A DNA stretch of 64,000 bases from SAR202 cluster bacterium (GCA_030752795.1 JASMDM010000033.1:1441-65440); one strand, 5' to 3'; numbered from the stretch's first letter, positions 49,494-59,279 are shown. A program made the numbers and translations. The notes: generated by a model not told the origin, from the sequence alone.

Positions 49494-50560
49494 ATGAAGC
49501 TTCCGAAAGGCGGATTTCGGCTGGTCGGACAAGAGCGAGGGGTCACCGGCTTGGAAACCGCGGTCATCTTGATTGCGTTCGTGGTAGTCGCTTCCGTATT
49601 CGCGTTCACCGTATTGTCAACGGGCATCTTCTCCGCCGAACGCGGTAAAGAGACAATCCACGCTGGGTTGACCGGAGCGCGCAGTTCCATGGAGCTCAAA
49701 GGCTCCATTGTATCCAACGGCACCGCCGATCAAACGCTTTCGGACGGCGATTCTGTTTGGACAGCCAACCTATTCGGCGCGACTTCCACTCCGACCGTGA
49801 CGGCTGAAACCACGGATAAAAAAGAAGAGACCGGCAGTGCGGACATCGTCATGGATGCCGCATTCACCACTCAATTGGCTGCATACATAAACCTCTCCGC
49901 CACGATCAACTTGAGCGCCATCGACTCGATCAAACTATGGGCCAAGTGGAGCACCCTCACCGCGTCGGGTGACATCGAGATCGTCGTGGATGACACCACC
50001 GGATGCGGTAGTCCACTGGAAAACATCGACATTCCGGTGCTGATCGCGGACGCATGGACCAACGTGACGCTTGCGATATCGGACAACAGCGACATGACGG
50101 CCATCAAGTGCGTGGGGTTTTATCTCGCCGTCGACAGCGGAGCTCAGACCGTAAACTTGGACAGCATTGTCGGCCAAGGTCAGGCTACTTCGCTTCTGAT
50201 AACTTTGGCCAACGCGCTCGAAGGGGAACCGATCGACGTCAGCGAACCCGGCGACTCAGACGCCAACGGCCTGTGGACTCCGACAGCAACCACACACTCG
50301 TCCTCACCTACACGGACAAGAACCGGGTGGTCAGGGATGTCTACTGGACGAACACGTTCGTCGGTCAAAACGACGGTGACGATCTCTTGGAGTCCGGCGA
50401 AAAAGTCGAGCTGAATGTCCGACTGACCGGACTTTCGAACACATACCCAGTCATAGGGGACACGAGGTTCGACGTCGAAATCAGAGCCGAGTCCGGCGGC
50501 TCGATCGTCGTCGAGCGCACGATGCCGGACCTGATCGACTCGGTCATGAACCTGAACTAA
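49494..50560 (+). pseudogene. archaellin-family (archaeal flagellin / class III signal peptide) gene, split by one frameshift near 50268-50272
   Basis: ATG 49494 (SD AGGAG 49483-49487) gives [16 protein letters not shown]|[28 protein letters not shown]...[10 protein letters not shown]. The C-terminal block in the other frame (50270-50560) is [21 protein letters not shown]...[24 protein letters not shown]...RFDVEIRAESGGSIVVERTMPDLI. Both ends match archaellin conserved regions. Confidence 0.75.
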
Positions 50561-50584
50561 CCTACGCGAGTAAGCGAGACCATT

Positions 50585-50622
50585 AGCCCTGCGCCCTGGA
50601 ACAAGGGCGCAGGGCTTTTTTT
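50585..50622 (+). terminator. rho-independent terminator after the archaellin-like gene
   Basis: Perfect 13-bp stem AGCCCTGCGCCCT-GGAACA-AGGGCGCAGGGCT followed by TTTTTTT. Confidence 0.9.
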
Positions 50623-50724
50623 GCGACTAACGAGGGGTCGTTTCCCGAAGGCGGCGCCAAGGGTCCTCGTAGCCGGTGCTCAATTCGCTTCAGAACGAGT
50701 CGGCCAAACCGAACGTCGCGCTTC

Positions 50725-51157
50725 TTACTTGATCTTGTCCCGGCGGGTCAGGTAGTCGTCCCGCCAGGCTTCTTCCCACCCAGGCGACTCCTGGTCATGG
50801 GCGGCAACCTCTGGGAGTTGGTCCAAGGTGAACTGTACCAGCTCGCCGCACATGTATGCCCGATCTGGATGAGCGAAGTTATCGACCCACTGGCGGTCAG
50901 ATCGCCGCATTGGGTCGTCCCGAACCGCTCGCGGAAGCGTTCCAAAATGGCGTTGGTCCTGGCGTACGCGGGGCGGGGCGCCCGCAGATGTTCTTTGACA
51001 GCGCGACACCGCCGACGAACGACGTCGAGGCTTTGACGAGCTCCTCGGGGACGTCGCAGCCTTGCTCCTCGAGTCCAAGAAGCACCGATTGCGCTCAATT
51101 GTACTTCCCCGCAACAAAATCCCGAACCGCGTTTTCGTGACCTGGTTGATCGGCCAT
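50725..51157 (-). pseudogene. C_GCAxxG_C_C-family redox protein gene, degraded (in-frame TGA, at least two frameshifts, shortened middle)
   Basis: SD GGAGG then ATG 51157 gives MADQPGHENAVRDFVAGKYN-TGA(51095-51097)-AQSVLLGLEEQGCDVPEELVKASTSFVGGVALSKNICG. The second frame reads ...RTNAILERFRERFGTTQCGDLT. The third frame reads ...VDNFAHPDRAYMCGELVQFTLDQL...KIK*. The family's conserved Cys positions are spread over three frames. Confidence 0.6.
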
Positions 51158-51575
51158 CCTTCGCCTCCGAATCGATTCGTGTGCATTCACGGATTTCGAG
51201 TCTCGACTCCTCAATGTTCAGTGGCAGTTGACTGTCTCCGCCCGAATCGTCGCCGTTCGCTCTGGCACGAACCGGGGCGACGGCCGAAGCGTAGCATCGC
51301 GTGCAAATGCGGTCGATCGACCCGACCTGATCTGGTTCGAAATTGGGTGCAGACCCTGCATCCCTCAGTCGTAGTATTCGCATCTAAAACGTGAGGTTCG
51401 GGCGAAAGTCGCCTAAATGCCAGTCGACCTTCGGTCGTGCGCCTCCGCGACAGAACGGTTCGGCGATTTCAGCGCCGCGAGGAGATCACACGTGTCAGCC
51501 AAGAACGTCTATCGCTACAAGCGATTCACCACGAAGCTGTTGTTAAACGACATGCGATTCAGCAAGTCTGCCCCG

Positions 51576-52300
51576 ATGTCTGGAGACGACTTTCCGGATT
51601 TCGAATTACCGACAACGGACGGTCATCAAATTCGAAATCCGACTTCGTTGGAGAGCGCCCGCTCCTCGTGATCCTGGGTTCTCTGTCTTGCCCGATGACG
51701 TCGAGCTCGATGCCTACGCTGAAACGGCTCCATTCGGAGTTCGGAGATCGAGTCGAATTCGTCACGGTCAATGTCAGGGAAGCACATCCGGGCGAGAACA
51801 TTCCTCAACCCGATACTTTGATTGAAAAACATGAACACGCTCGGATATTCAAGGAGCGATACGATCCTTCCTGGACGGTCGCTGTGGACGACATCGACGG
51901 GACTCTTCATCGAGCCCTGGACGGCAAACCCAACGCCGCCGACTTGATGGACACGAAAGGGAAACTCGTGTTCCGCGCACTTTGGGCCAGCGACGAACGC
52001 GGCCTGCGACAGGCGCTTCGAAGCGTTTCAGCAGGGCAGGCGCCCGCCAAGGGCGAGAGTCGCGCAATGATGGCCCCCATGGCACGAGCGATGGGCCATG
52101 TAAACCGCATCATGAAAACAGCGGGACCACAGGCCGAACGGGATCTCCTCATGTACGGAACTCCGATGGCGATCACCGGAAAGTTTGCGACGTTGTTCAA
52201 CCCATTCTCCCAGGACTGGGGCGGAGTCGCGGCAGTGACCACGATGAGCGTTTCCATGGTGGCTGCTGTTGTGCTCGTGATCGGGGTCGCGGTTCTGTAA
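51576..52300 (+). pseudogene. thioredoxin-fold, iodothyronine-deiodinase-like protein with a C-terminal TM helix, frameshifted at 51635-51637
   Basis: Frame 1 is MSGDDFPDFELPTTDGHQIR (51576-51635; the alternative ATG 51552 is in the same frame). Frame 2 is KSDFVGERPLLVILGSLSCPMTSSSMPTLKRLHSEFGDRVEFVTVNVREAHPGE... to 52300. Adding one A to the AAA run restores ...GHQIRKSDFVGERP.... Confidence 0.6.
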
Positions 52301-52317
52301 AGCTCGGCGCGTGATCC

Positions 52318-53394
52318 CTATCCGAGCCGGTCCGGCAGTTCCAGTTCAGCCGTGATGCCCTGGAACCACTCGATGACTTCGGGGTGGTACGGGATGCCGT
52401 GCGCGAGGCGCTCGATCTCCTCTTCGTGCTCGGGCAGTCCGGCGTACACGACCCTGTCTTCGCCGGGCGCGGGCGTCGATTCGGACAGCGCCTTCATATA
52501 AGCGTCCATGTCGTCTTTGAACAGGTCGACGTCCACGAACGCGTCTATCTTGTAGGCGATGAAGTGATGCGACGCTCCGCCACGTCGGAAAGGACCGCCG
52601 GCCCCCCCCGACAGCACCGCAGAGAGAATCTCGATCATCACCGCAAGGCTGTAGCCCTTGTGCGATCCGATCTCTCGTGTCCCGCCGAGCGGCAGGATCT
52701 TGAAATCGTCGGGGACGGGCTGTTCGTCCATGATCGGGGCTCCGTCGGGCCCTGCGACCCACGCGGGGAGTGCGTTCACCCCGAGCCGCTTCGCCAGAAC
52801 GATCTTGTTGCCCGCCACCGAGCTCATAGACGCGTCGAAGATGAACGGCGGCTCGTTGCGGGTCGGCGCCGCAATCGCGATCGGGTTGAGCCCGACCATT
52901 CGCTCCGATCCTTGAGTCGGCAACACGCTGACTCCGCCCGTGGTCATCGCGATTCCGATCATGTCGTGCTCCAGCGCCATGATCGCGTGATACCCGGCGG
53001 CCCCGAAGTGCGCGCCGTTGGTCACCGACACCGATCCGATGCCGTATTTCTCGGCCCGTTCGATGGCGATGTTCATCGCCACCGGACCGATCACGAGCCC
53101 GTGACCGCGATCGCTGTCGATGGTGCAGACGGCCGCCGCCTCGCGAACGATCTTCCAGTCGGGAGTCGGGTTAATCCGCCCCTGCTGGAATCCGGCGACG
53201 TACGCCCGCATCATGTTGCTGACGCCATGAGACTCGACGCCCCGGATGTCCGCGTACATGAGCACGTCAGCCGCCTGAACCGCGTCCTCCTCGGGCATCT
53301 GCATCTTGCGAAAGATGTCCTCAACAGTCGCGCGCATATTCTCTTGCCGCACACGAATCGCGATATCTTCAGGCACATGGAACTGCTCAAGCAT
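52318..53394 (-). CDS. Ldh_2-family oxidoreductase (malate/L-lactate/sulfolactate dehydrogenase type 2)
   Basis: 358 aa with ADIRGVESHGVSNMMRAYV, GSHKGYSLAVMIEILS and an overall Ldh_2 pattern. Confidence 0.85.
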   Translation of the reverse strand: MLEQFHVPEDIAIRVRQENMRATVEDIFRKMQMPEEDAVQAADVLMYADIRGVESHGVSNMMRAYVAGFQQGRINPTPDWKIVREAAAVCTIDSDRGHGLVIGPVAMNIAIERAEKYGIGSVSVTNGAHFGAAGYHAIMALEHDMIGIAMTTGGVSVLPTQGSERMVGLNPIAIAAPTRNEPPFIFDASMSSVAGNKIVLAKRLGVNALPAWVAGPDGAPIMDEQPVPDDFKILPLGGTREIGSHKGYSLAVMIEILSAVLSGGAGGPFRRGGASHHFIAYKIDAFVDVDLFKDDMDAYMKALSESTPAPGEDRVVYAGLPEHEEEIERLAHGIPYHPEVIEWFQGITAELELPDRLG

Positions 53395-54075
53395 GTCTCA
53401 TCCTTCTCAGTTTACGATTTCCGTCCGCGATTATCTTCCAGTCGTTGATAGCTTTTATTGATCACAAGGTGAAGGCGCGCAAAAGGTACACCATCCGCCC
53501 TCGTCGTGACAATACAAAGCTCATGATACGTGGTTCGGCGGGTGTGCCCTGGAGTGGATTGGTGTCTCCGAGATCGATAGAACTTCGTGGTTTCGGTACA
53601 CGCGCTGTCCATAGAACGCATTTACCGGCTGGAGTCTTCCATCGATTCGCGGTTGTGGTTGGTCGGTTCGCTTGGAATGCTGATTGCCACTTTGATGCGG
53701 ATTGATCAGCTAGATATTCAATCAATGATCCAGTTCACTTGGAGGATTCTTGCGACACAGATATTCGATGACGCGGGAATTCTTTTGTACGACAACTTCA
53801 CCCCTTGCTCCAGAACGAAAACGCCGCTCGGCGAATTTGAGTCGGAGAATGCTGCGATGTAAAATGATTCCAACGAAAACCTCGTGTCTCGGGAACCATG
53901 GCTCGGTCGGTTCGAGTGGTAAAGTTGCGCAATTAGCAAAGGCGCGTTGGGCTCGCTCCAGACAAGTCAGCTGCAACTGTTGAACGATTGGCTTGATGGA
54001 CGACGGCCGATCAAGTGTGCCGAATCCAATAAGGGGACCTTCAATCAGTCGTACGTCATTCACCGGAGATAAGAG

Positions 54076-56157
54076 TTGAACCCTCCCGCGGGCAACCCTG
54101 AGGGGCGGGCGCAGCGATGGGCTTCGAAGCTGCTTGCGCTGACGATCTGGTTGCTTGTCTATCTCATCGTCAGCGGTCTGGTCATCTACCTGGCCCCGCT
54201 GCCGTCAGACTTCATGGAGTCGCAGGGCTGGGCGTGGAAAGCCGTCCAGTGGCTGGTTCTGTTCCATACCTTCCTCGGACTTATCGCCGGCGCGATTATC
54301 GGCCGTTACCTGTGGAAGCATTACTTCACGGTACGACCGCAGCGATTCGACTTCGGCAGGCTTCTCGGACACATCAGCTTGTGGCTCTTCGTCATCTGTG
54401 CCGTGAGCGGTCTAGTCGTTACATGGCAGGCGTGGTTCGGAGACAAGATCAGCTACTGGGTTGACACCGTTCACACTTGGAGCGGCTTCGTTCTGGTCCC
54501 GTTGCTGGGTTGGCATTTGGTTCGGGTTTGGCTTCGGGTCAGGAGTAGAGCCGCGCTGGATTTGCTGCCTGTTGTGCGAGGCCCGCAGTTGCGACTGGTC
54601 TGGGGGAGTTCGGCGGTTGCCGCTCTGCTGATGGTCGTCGGGGTCGGTTTCGCGATTGTTACCGGCGGGCCCGACATCTCGGCCGGCATCCCGCCTCAGA
54701 CCTACAGCCTCAAGTACGGCGAAGACCCGTTCATGCCGAGCAACGTGGACACGAGCACGGGCGGAGCGCTCAACGCTGACGTGCTGGCGGGCTCGGAGAA
54801 CTGCGGCACATGCCACAAGGACATCTACGACGAATGGGAGGCCAGCGCCCACCGTTGGTCGGCCAGCGATATGTTCTACACCACCGTGGCCAGCGCGATG
54901 CAAGAAGACACCGGCATCGAGTCGACCAGGTATTGCGGCGGCTGTCACAACCCGATCCCGATTCTTTCGGGCAACCTGACGACCGTGGTCGCCGAAGCAC
55001 TCGCTGAAGAAGGGAAATCAGGCCAAGAGGCTCTCCATTACGAGGAAGGAATATCCTGCACCGTTTGCCACGGCATCACTGCCATACTCGGCGCCAAAGG
55101 GAACGGCAACTACCAGGTCACCCCTCCGCCCAGATACCTGTTCGAGTTGGACGACCAGGACGGCTTTCTCGGTAAACTCAGTCAGTTCCTGATCCGCGCT
55201 TACCCGCAAACTCACCGAGAATCGCTCTCGCGGGGGCACTACAAGCTGCCCGAGTTCTGCGGCACGTGCCACAAGCAGTACCTCGATGAAGAGGTCAACA
55301 ACTTCGGCTGGGTCAGGCTGCAGAACCAGTACGACAATTGGAAAGAGAGCAAGTGGAATAAAGGCCCGGACGATCCCGAGACGATCGTGTGCATCGAGTG
55401 CCACATGCCCCTGACTCCGAACGAACAGGAAGTGAGCTCGGGCGTGAGCGACGGCGACCCGTATGGTCCTCATCCCGGTCAACATCGCAGCCATCGCTGG
55501 TTGGCTGCCAACCAGGCTATCCCATGGCTGCTTGAAGACCACGAGCAGGTCGAGCTCACCGAGCAATGGCTGAAGGGCGAGATCGAGATACCCGAGATTC
55601 AGGACAAATGGGAAACGGGGCCCGTGATTGGCACGAACGTTGTGGCGCCGGAGACGGTCGAACCCAGAGAGACGCTCGAATACATCGTGGTCATCGACAA
55701 TAACAAAACCGGCCACGAGTTTCCGACCGGACCGTTGGACTTGATCCAGACCTGGATCGAGGCGAAGGTTCTCGACGCTTCGGGCAACACTCTGTCGCAC
55801 ACGGGCTGGATCGACGAGAACAACTACGTCGACCCGAACGCCCACTACTTCAGGTCGTTCCCCATTGACGAAGAGGGCAACGTCATCTACCGTCACAATC
55901 TCTGGGACATGGTTGGCACGACGTACCTCAGGGTGATCTTCCCGGGCTTCTCGGAGAAGGTAACTTATACGATGGAGGTGCCCGAAGACGCCGATGGACC
56001 TCTCACGATTGAGGCGAGGCTGAGGATGCGCAAGTTCCATCAAAAGATCGTGGACTCCGCCACCGACAACAGCGGCCTAACCTTCCCGATCACCGATCTT
56101 TCGTCCTCGAGCATTGAGGTCGATGTGGTGAATCAGGTGGCCGGGAACATCGAATAG
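54076..56157 (+). CDS. fusion of an N-terminal five-helix, His-containing membrane domain with a periplasmic pentaheme c-type cytochrome
   Basis: 693 aa. TTG start with SD GGAG 54065-54068. Hydrophobic helices contain His residues (LFHTFLG, GHISLW, VHTWSG, GWHLV). There are five CxxCH motifs: CGTCH, CGGCH, CTVCH, CGTCH and CIECH. The C-terminal ~230 aa are heme-free. Confidence 0.85.
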   Translation: MNPPAGNPEGRAQRWASKLLALTIWLLVYLIVSGLVIYLAPLPSDFMESQGWAWKAVQWLVLFHTFLGLIAGAIIGRYLWKHYFTVRPQRFDFGRLLGHISLWLFVICAVSGLVVTWQAWFGDKISYWVDTVHTWSGFVLVPLLGWHLVRVWLRVRSRAALDLLPVVRGPQLRLVWGSSAVAALLMVVGVGFAIVTGGPDISAGIPPQTYSLKYGEDPFMPSNVDTSTGGALNADVLAGSENCGTCHKDIYDEWEASAHRWSASDMFYTTVASAMQEDTGIESTRYCGGCHNPIPILSGNLTTVVAEALAEEGKSGQEALHYEEGISCTVCHGITAILGAKGNGNYQVTPPPRYLFELDDQDGFLGKLSQFLIRAYPQTHRESLSRGHYKLPEFCGTCHKQYLDEEVNNFGWVRLQNQYDNWKESKWNKGPDDPETIVCIECHMPLTPNEQEVSSGVSDGDPYGPHPGQHRSHRWLAANQAIPWLLEDHEQVELTEQWLKGEIEIPEIQDKWETGPVIGTNVVAPETVEPRETLEYIVVIDNNKTGHEFPTGPLDLIQTWIEAKVLDASGNTLSHTGWIDENNYVDPNAHYFRSFPIDEEGNVIYRHNLWDMVGTTYLRVIFPGFSEKVTYTMEVPEDADGPLTIEARLRMRKFHQKIVDSATDNSGLTFPITDLSSSSIEVDVVNQVAGNIE

Positions 56158-56262
56158 GTGCAGGTCGATCTGAGCCAGCCGAACGAGACGGCGCCTACGA
56201 CAGCCTTGGTTAGATGGGCAGCCGTCGACAACTCCACTCGACGTTGCCGCGCGCGATCAACT

Positions 56263-57531
56263 ATGCGTCCACTCATCGTTGTTGCACTCCTTGTCCTCGC
56301 GACGATCATGGCCGGATGCAGCGGGTCATCTTCTTCGGACTCAGGAGACAAGCCAACCTCCGAATCGGTCGTCGACAAAGTTGGTCTGATTCAGCGCGAG
56401 GACGGCGCGTGGCGCATGTCGGGTCACGACAGCCTCCATTCCAACCGCATAAACGCCCCGTCGATCGAAACTCCCGAGATCAAATGGGAGAAGAAACTTA
56501 GCCATCGTATCCTTGCGGGCGCGGCTATCGGAGAAGATGGAACTGTCTACGTATCAGCGGAAGGCGAGCGATTTGAGTCTGCCGGGCACGGCCTGTTCGC
56601 CTTCACGTCTGGAGGCGAACAGGTCTGGAGCCTAGCACTGCCCGCGCCAATTCGGACGACATCCCTGCTGCAAGGTGACTCGATTCTGTTCGGTTCGTAC
56701 GACGGTGCGTTCCAATCCGTGTCCTTGGCCGGCCAGCGACTTTGGCGGTACGACCCCGAGGACCTGTCGCACCGCATTTCCCTGTCTTCGCCGGCGACGG
56801 CACGCGATGGCACGATTTACTTCGGCGACCACGGCGGGTCGCTTCAAGCCGTCTCCTTCGACGGTGCTCGGGTCTGGAGCTATGCCACCAACGACTACGT
56901 CAGGGCCGCGCCCTCGATCGCACGTGACGGTACGGTGTACGTCGGTTCCAACGACGGCACGTTCTACGCGCTGAACCCGGACGGCACACTGAAATGGTCG
57001 TTCGAGACGGGAGGACGGATAGACTCACCGGCCGCGATCGCATTGGACGACACGGTGTATTTCGGATCGGCGGACGGAAAGCTGTACGCGCTGACCCCAG
57101 AAGGCGTCGAAAAATGGGCCGTACCAGTTGGCAAAGGATTGATGGTATTCACATCGCCTGCTCTGGGGCACGATGGAACGATATACGTCGGCACGACCGG
57201 CACAGCGCCGTTGGGGTCGAGCCAACCTCAGCAAACTGCCGCCTTCCCTTTCATGGCCATCAGCCCGGATGGGGCGGTCAAATGGGAGTTCCCGCTCACC
57301 CAATGGATCCGATCGTCCCCCGCGGTGGTTTCCGACGGTACGGTTTATTTCGGCGGATGGGACGGGACGCTCTACGCGCTCACACCCCAAGGTGAGTTAA
57401 AGTGGGAACTCAGCCTGGGAGATATTCCGGTCGAGCAGGCGATCGAGGCGCCGCCGGCGGTCGCGCACGACGGCACGATTTTCATAGGAACGTGGGATGG
57501 GAGATTCTTTGCCATTGGCGAAAGCGAGTAG
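56263..57531 (+). CDS. PQQ-like (BamB-like) beta-propeller repeat lipoprotein
   Basis: Lipobox IMAGC-SG. There are repeated DGT(V/I)Y(V/F)GS.DG.(L/F)YAL.P.G..KW blades. The alternative GTG 56158 abuts the cytochrome stop. Confidence 0.8.
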   Translation: MRPLIVVALLVLATIMAGCSGSSSSDSGDKPTSESVVDKVGLIQREDGAWRMSGHDSLHSNRINAPSIETPEIKWEKKLSHRILAGAAIGEDGTVYVSAEGERFESAGHGLFAFTSGGEQVWSLALPAPIRTTSLLQGDSILFGSYDGAFQSVSLAGQRLWRYDPEDLSHRISLSSPATARDGTIYFGDHGGSLQAVSFDGARVWSYATNDYVRAAPSIARDGTVYVGSNDGTFYALNPDGTLKWSFETGGRIDSPAAIALDDTVYFGSADGKLYALTPEGVEKWAVPVGKGLMVFTSPALGHDGTIYVGTTGTAPLGSSQPQQTAAFPFMAISPDGAVKWEFPLTQWIRSSPAVVSDGTVYFGGWDGTLYALTPQGELKWELSLGDIPVEQAIEAPPAVAHDGTIFIGTWDGRFFAIGESE

Positions 57532-59266
57532 CCGCCCCCTCTCGGGCTTGGTCGTTGCTCAGGCGCTCGCCGTACTGTTCCTAGCCGCCACTTGGACGTT
57601 CACGGCTTGCCGGTCCGGCGTCGAGGAAGCGACAGGCTTCATCCCGGACGAGGAGCGTGTTGTTCGGAGCGAAGACGAGGGCGTGGAATTCGTCGATGTC
57701 ACGGCCGAATCAGGCATCGCCTTCAGTCACTTCAACGATGTTAGGACGTCCGTCCTCATCGAAGACATGGGGTCCGGCGCCGCGTGGGGCGACTACGACG
57801 GCGACGGGTTCGTCGATCTCTTCATCGTGAACAGCTCGCGCGACGAACTCGGTGAGAACCCAGCGAACACGGGCAAGCTGTTCCGCAATCACGGCGACGG
57901 CACGTTTGAGGACGTGACCGCACGATCGCAAATCAAACAAGCCGGGCTCGGCATGGGCGCGGTCTGGTTCGACCACGACGGCGATGGCGACATCGACCTG
58001 TTCGCGACGGGCTTCGGTAGGCAGCAACTCTTCCGCAACGGCGGCCACGGCGTCTTCGAGGACGTGACGACGCAGAGCGGACTCCGGATCGAGTCCGGTT
58101 GGCCGTCCGGGTCGACGGTCGCGGACTACGACTTGGACGGCGACCTTGACCTCTACGTGCCCCACTATGTCGCTTTCGAGATCGGCGATTCTGAGGTCGA
58201 GACATTGCTCAACAAACAGTACGGCCTCGATATTCCGTTCACCCTGAATCCGTTCTCGTACGAACCGCTGGCCAACAAGCTCTACCGCAACAACGGCGAC
58301 GGGACGTTCGATGACGTGAGTTCGGTCGCGGGAGTTGCGAATGCCGAGGGTCGTAGCCTGCAGGCCGTTTTCTGTGACCTCGATGCTGATGGGTTGCCGG
58401 ACCTTTACGTCGCCAACGACATCTCTCCGGACGCGCTTTTCATCAACCGGGGCGACGGCACATTCGAGAACATGGCCGAGTACGCGAGGACCGCGGACGC
58501 TCGCGGCTCGATGGGTGTGGCCGTCGGAGACTACGATGGTGATCTCGACCAAGACATCTGGGTGACTCACTGGATTGCGCAAGACGACGCTCTGTTTCGG
58601 AACATGTCCCAGCTATCAAACGGCGACGAAATCAGGTTCGTCGACCGGATCGCCGCCGACGTGGGCGAGAGATCGCTCAGCTACGTGGGTTGGGGAGTAG
58701 GCTTCATCGACTTCGACAACGATGGGCGCTTGGACGTGATTGTGGTTAACGGCAGCACGTTCGAGCCGCCGGAGGCGCCGACGACCCTCGACACGATGCG
58801 AAACCTCCTCTTCCGCAATCGAGGCGAGGAAGGCTTCGTCCTGGTGAACGACATTGCCGGCGATGTGTGGGCGACGAAAGACGTCGGGAGAGGCGCTTCT
58901 TTCGCCGACTACGACAACGACGGCGATTTGGACATCCTCATTCTGGCCCGAGGCGATGGCGTGAAGCTGCTCCGGAACCAAGGCGGCAACGCCCGCAACT
59001 GGCTGACCCTCGATTTGAACGGCTTTTCTGGCAACAGACAGGCCATAGGCGCAACTGTAACCATAGGCGCGGGCGCCACGAGCCAGAGGCAGACGGTCGT
59101 GGCCGGTTCCAGCTACCTTTCGATGAACGATGTACGAGTCCACTTCGGGCTTGGCGACCACGACATCGTCGATTCAGTCGAGGTCCGTTGGCCTGACGGT
59201 CATTTGCAGATGTTGAGTGCCGTCAGCGTCAATCAGGTGCTGACCATCTCCAAGGATCGACCGTGA
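57497..59266 (+). CDS. CRTAC1-family lipoprotein (FG-GAP/VCBS repeats plus an ASPIC/UnbV domain)
   Basis: Lipobox TFTAC-R. There are repeated GDYDGDG..DL.V.N and FRN.GDGTFEDVT units. The C-terminal part is NWLTLDL.G...NR.AIGA.V......Q...V.AGSSYLS.ND...HFGLG. It overlaps the previous gene by 35 nt. Confidence 0.85.
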   Translation: MGDSLPLAKASSRPLSGLVVAQALAVLFLAATWTFTACRSGVEEATGFIPDEERVVRSEDEGVEFVDVTAESGIAFSHFNDVRTSVLIEDMGSGAAWGDYDGDGFVDLFIVNSSRDELGENPANTGKLFRNHGDGTFEDVTARSQIKQAGLGMGAVWFDHDGDGDIDLFATGFGRQQLFRNGGHGVFEDVTTQSGLRIESGWPSGSTVADYDLDGDLDLYVPHYVAFEIGDSEVETLLNKQYGLDIPFTLNPFSYEPLANKLYRNNGDGTFDDVSSVAGVANAEGRSLQAVFCDLDADGLPDLYVANDISPDALFINRGDGTFENMAEYARTADARGSMGVAVGDYDGDLDQDIWVTHWIAQDDALFRNMSQLSNGDEIRFVDRIAADVGERSLSYVGWGVGFIDFDNDGRLDVIVVNGSTFEPPEAPTTLDTMRNLLFRNRGEEGFVLVNDIAGDVWATKDVGRGASFADYDNDGDLDILILARGDGVKLLRNQGGNARNWLTLDLNGFSGNRQAIGATVTIGAGATSQRQTVVAGSSYLSMNDVRVHFGLGDHDIVDSVEVRWPDGHLQMLSAVSVNQVLTISKDRP

Positions 59267-59279
59267 AGGGACCGCTTCG

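Noticed and set aside
51095-51097. TGA at the invariant first Cys of the C_GCAxxG_C_C gene read as selenocysteine
   Set aside because: The gene also needs two frameshifts and appears to have lost about 20 codons. No convincing SECIS-like hairpin follows the TGA (only a short CTCGAG-centred palindrome). No Sec machinery is visible in the window. It is kept as an explicit alternative in the finding.
53722-54063. 113-aa minus-strand ORF in the Ldh_2 / cytochrome intergenic region
   Set aside because: It has no SD and no recognisable family, and it overlaps an equally plausible plus-strand ORF. The evidence is insufficient to call either, so the region is reported only as worth checking.
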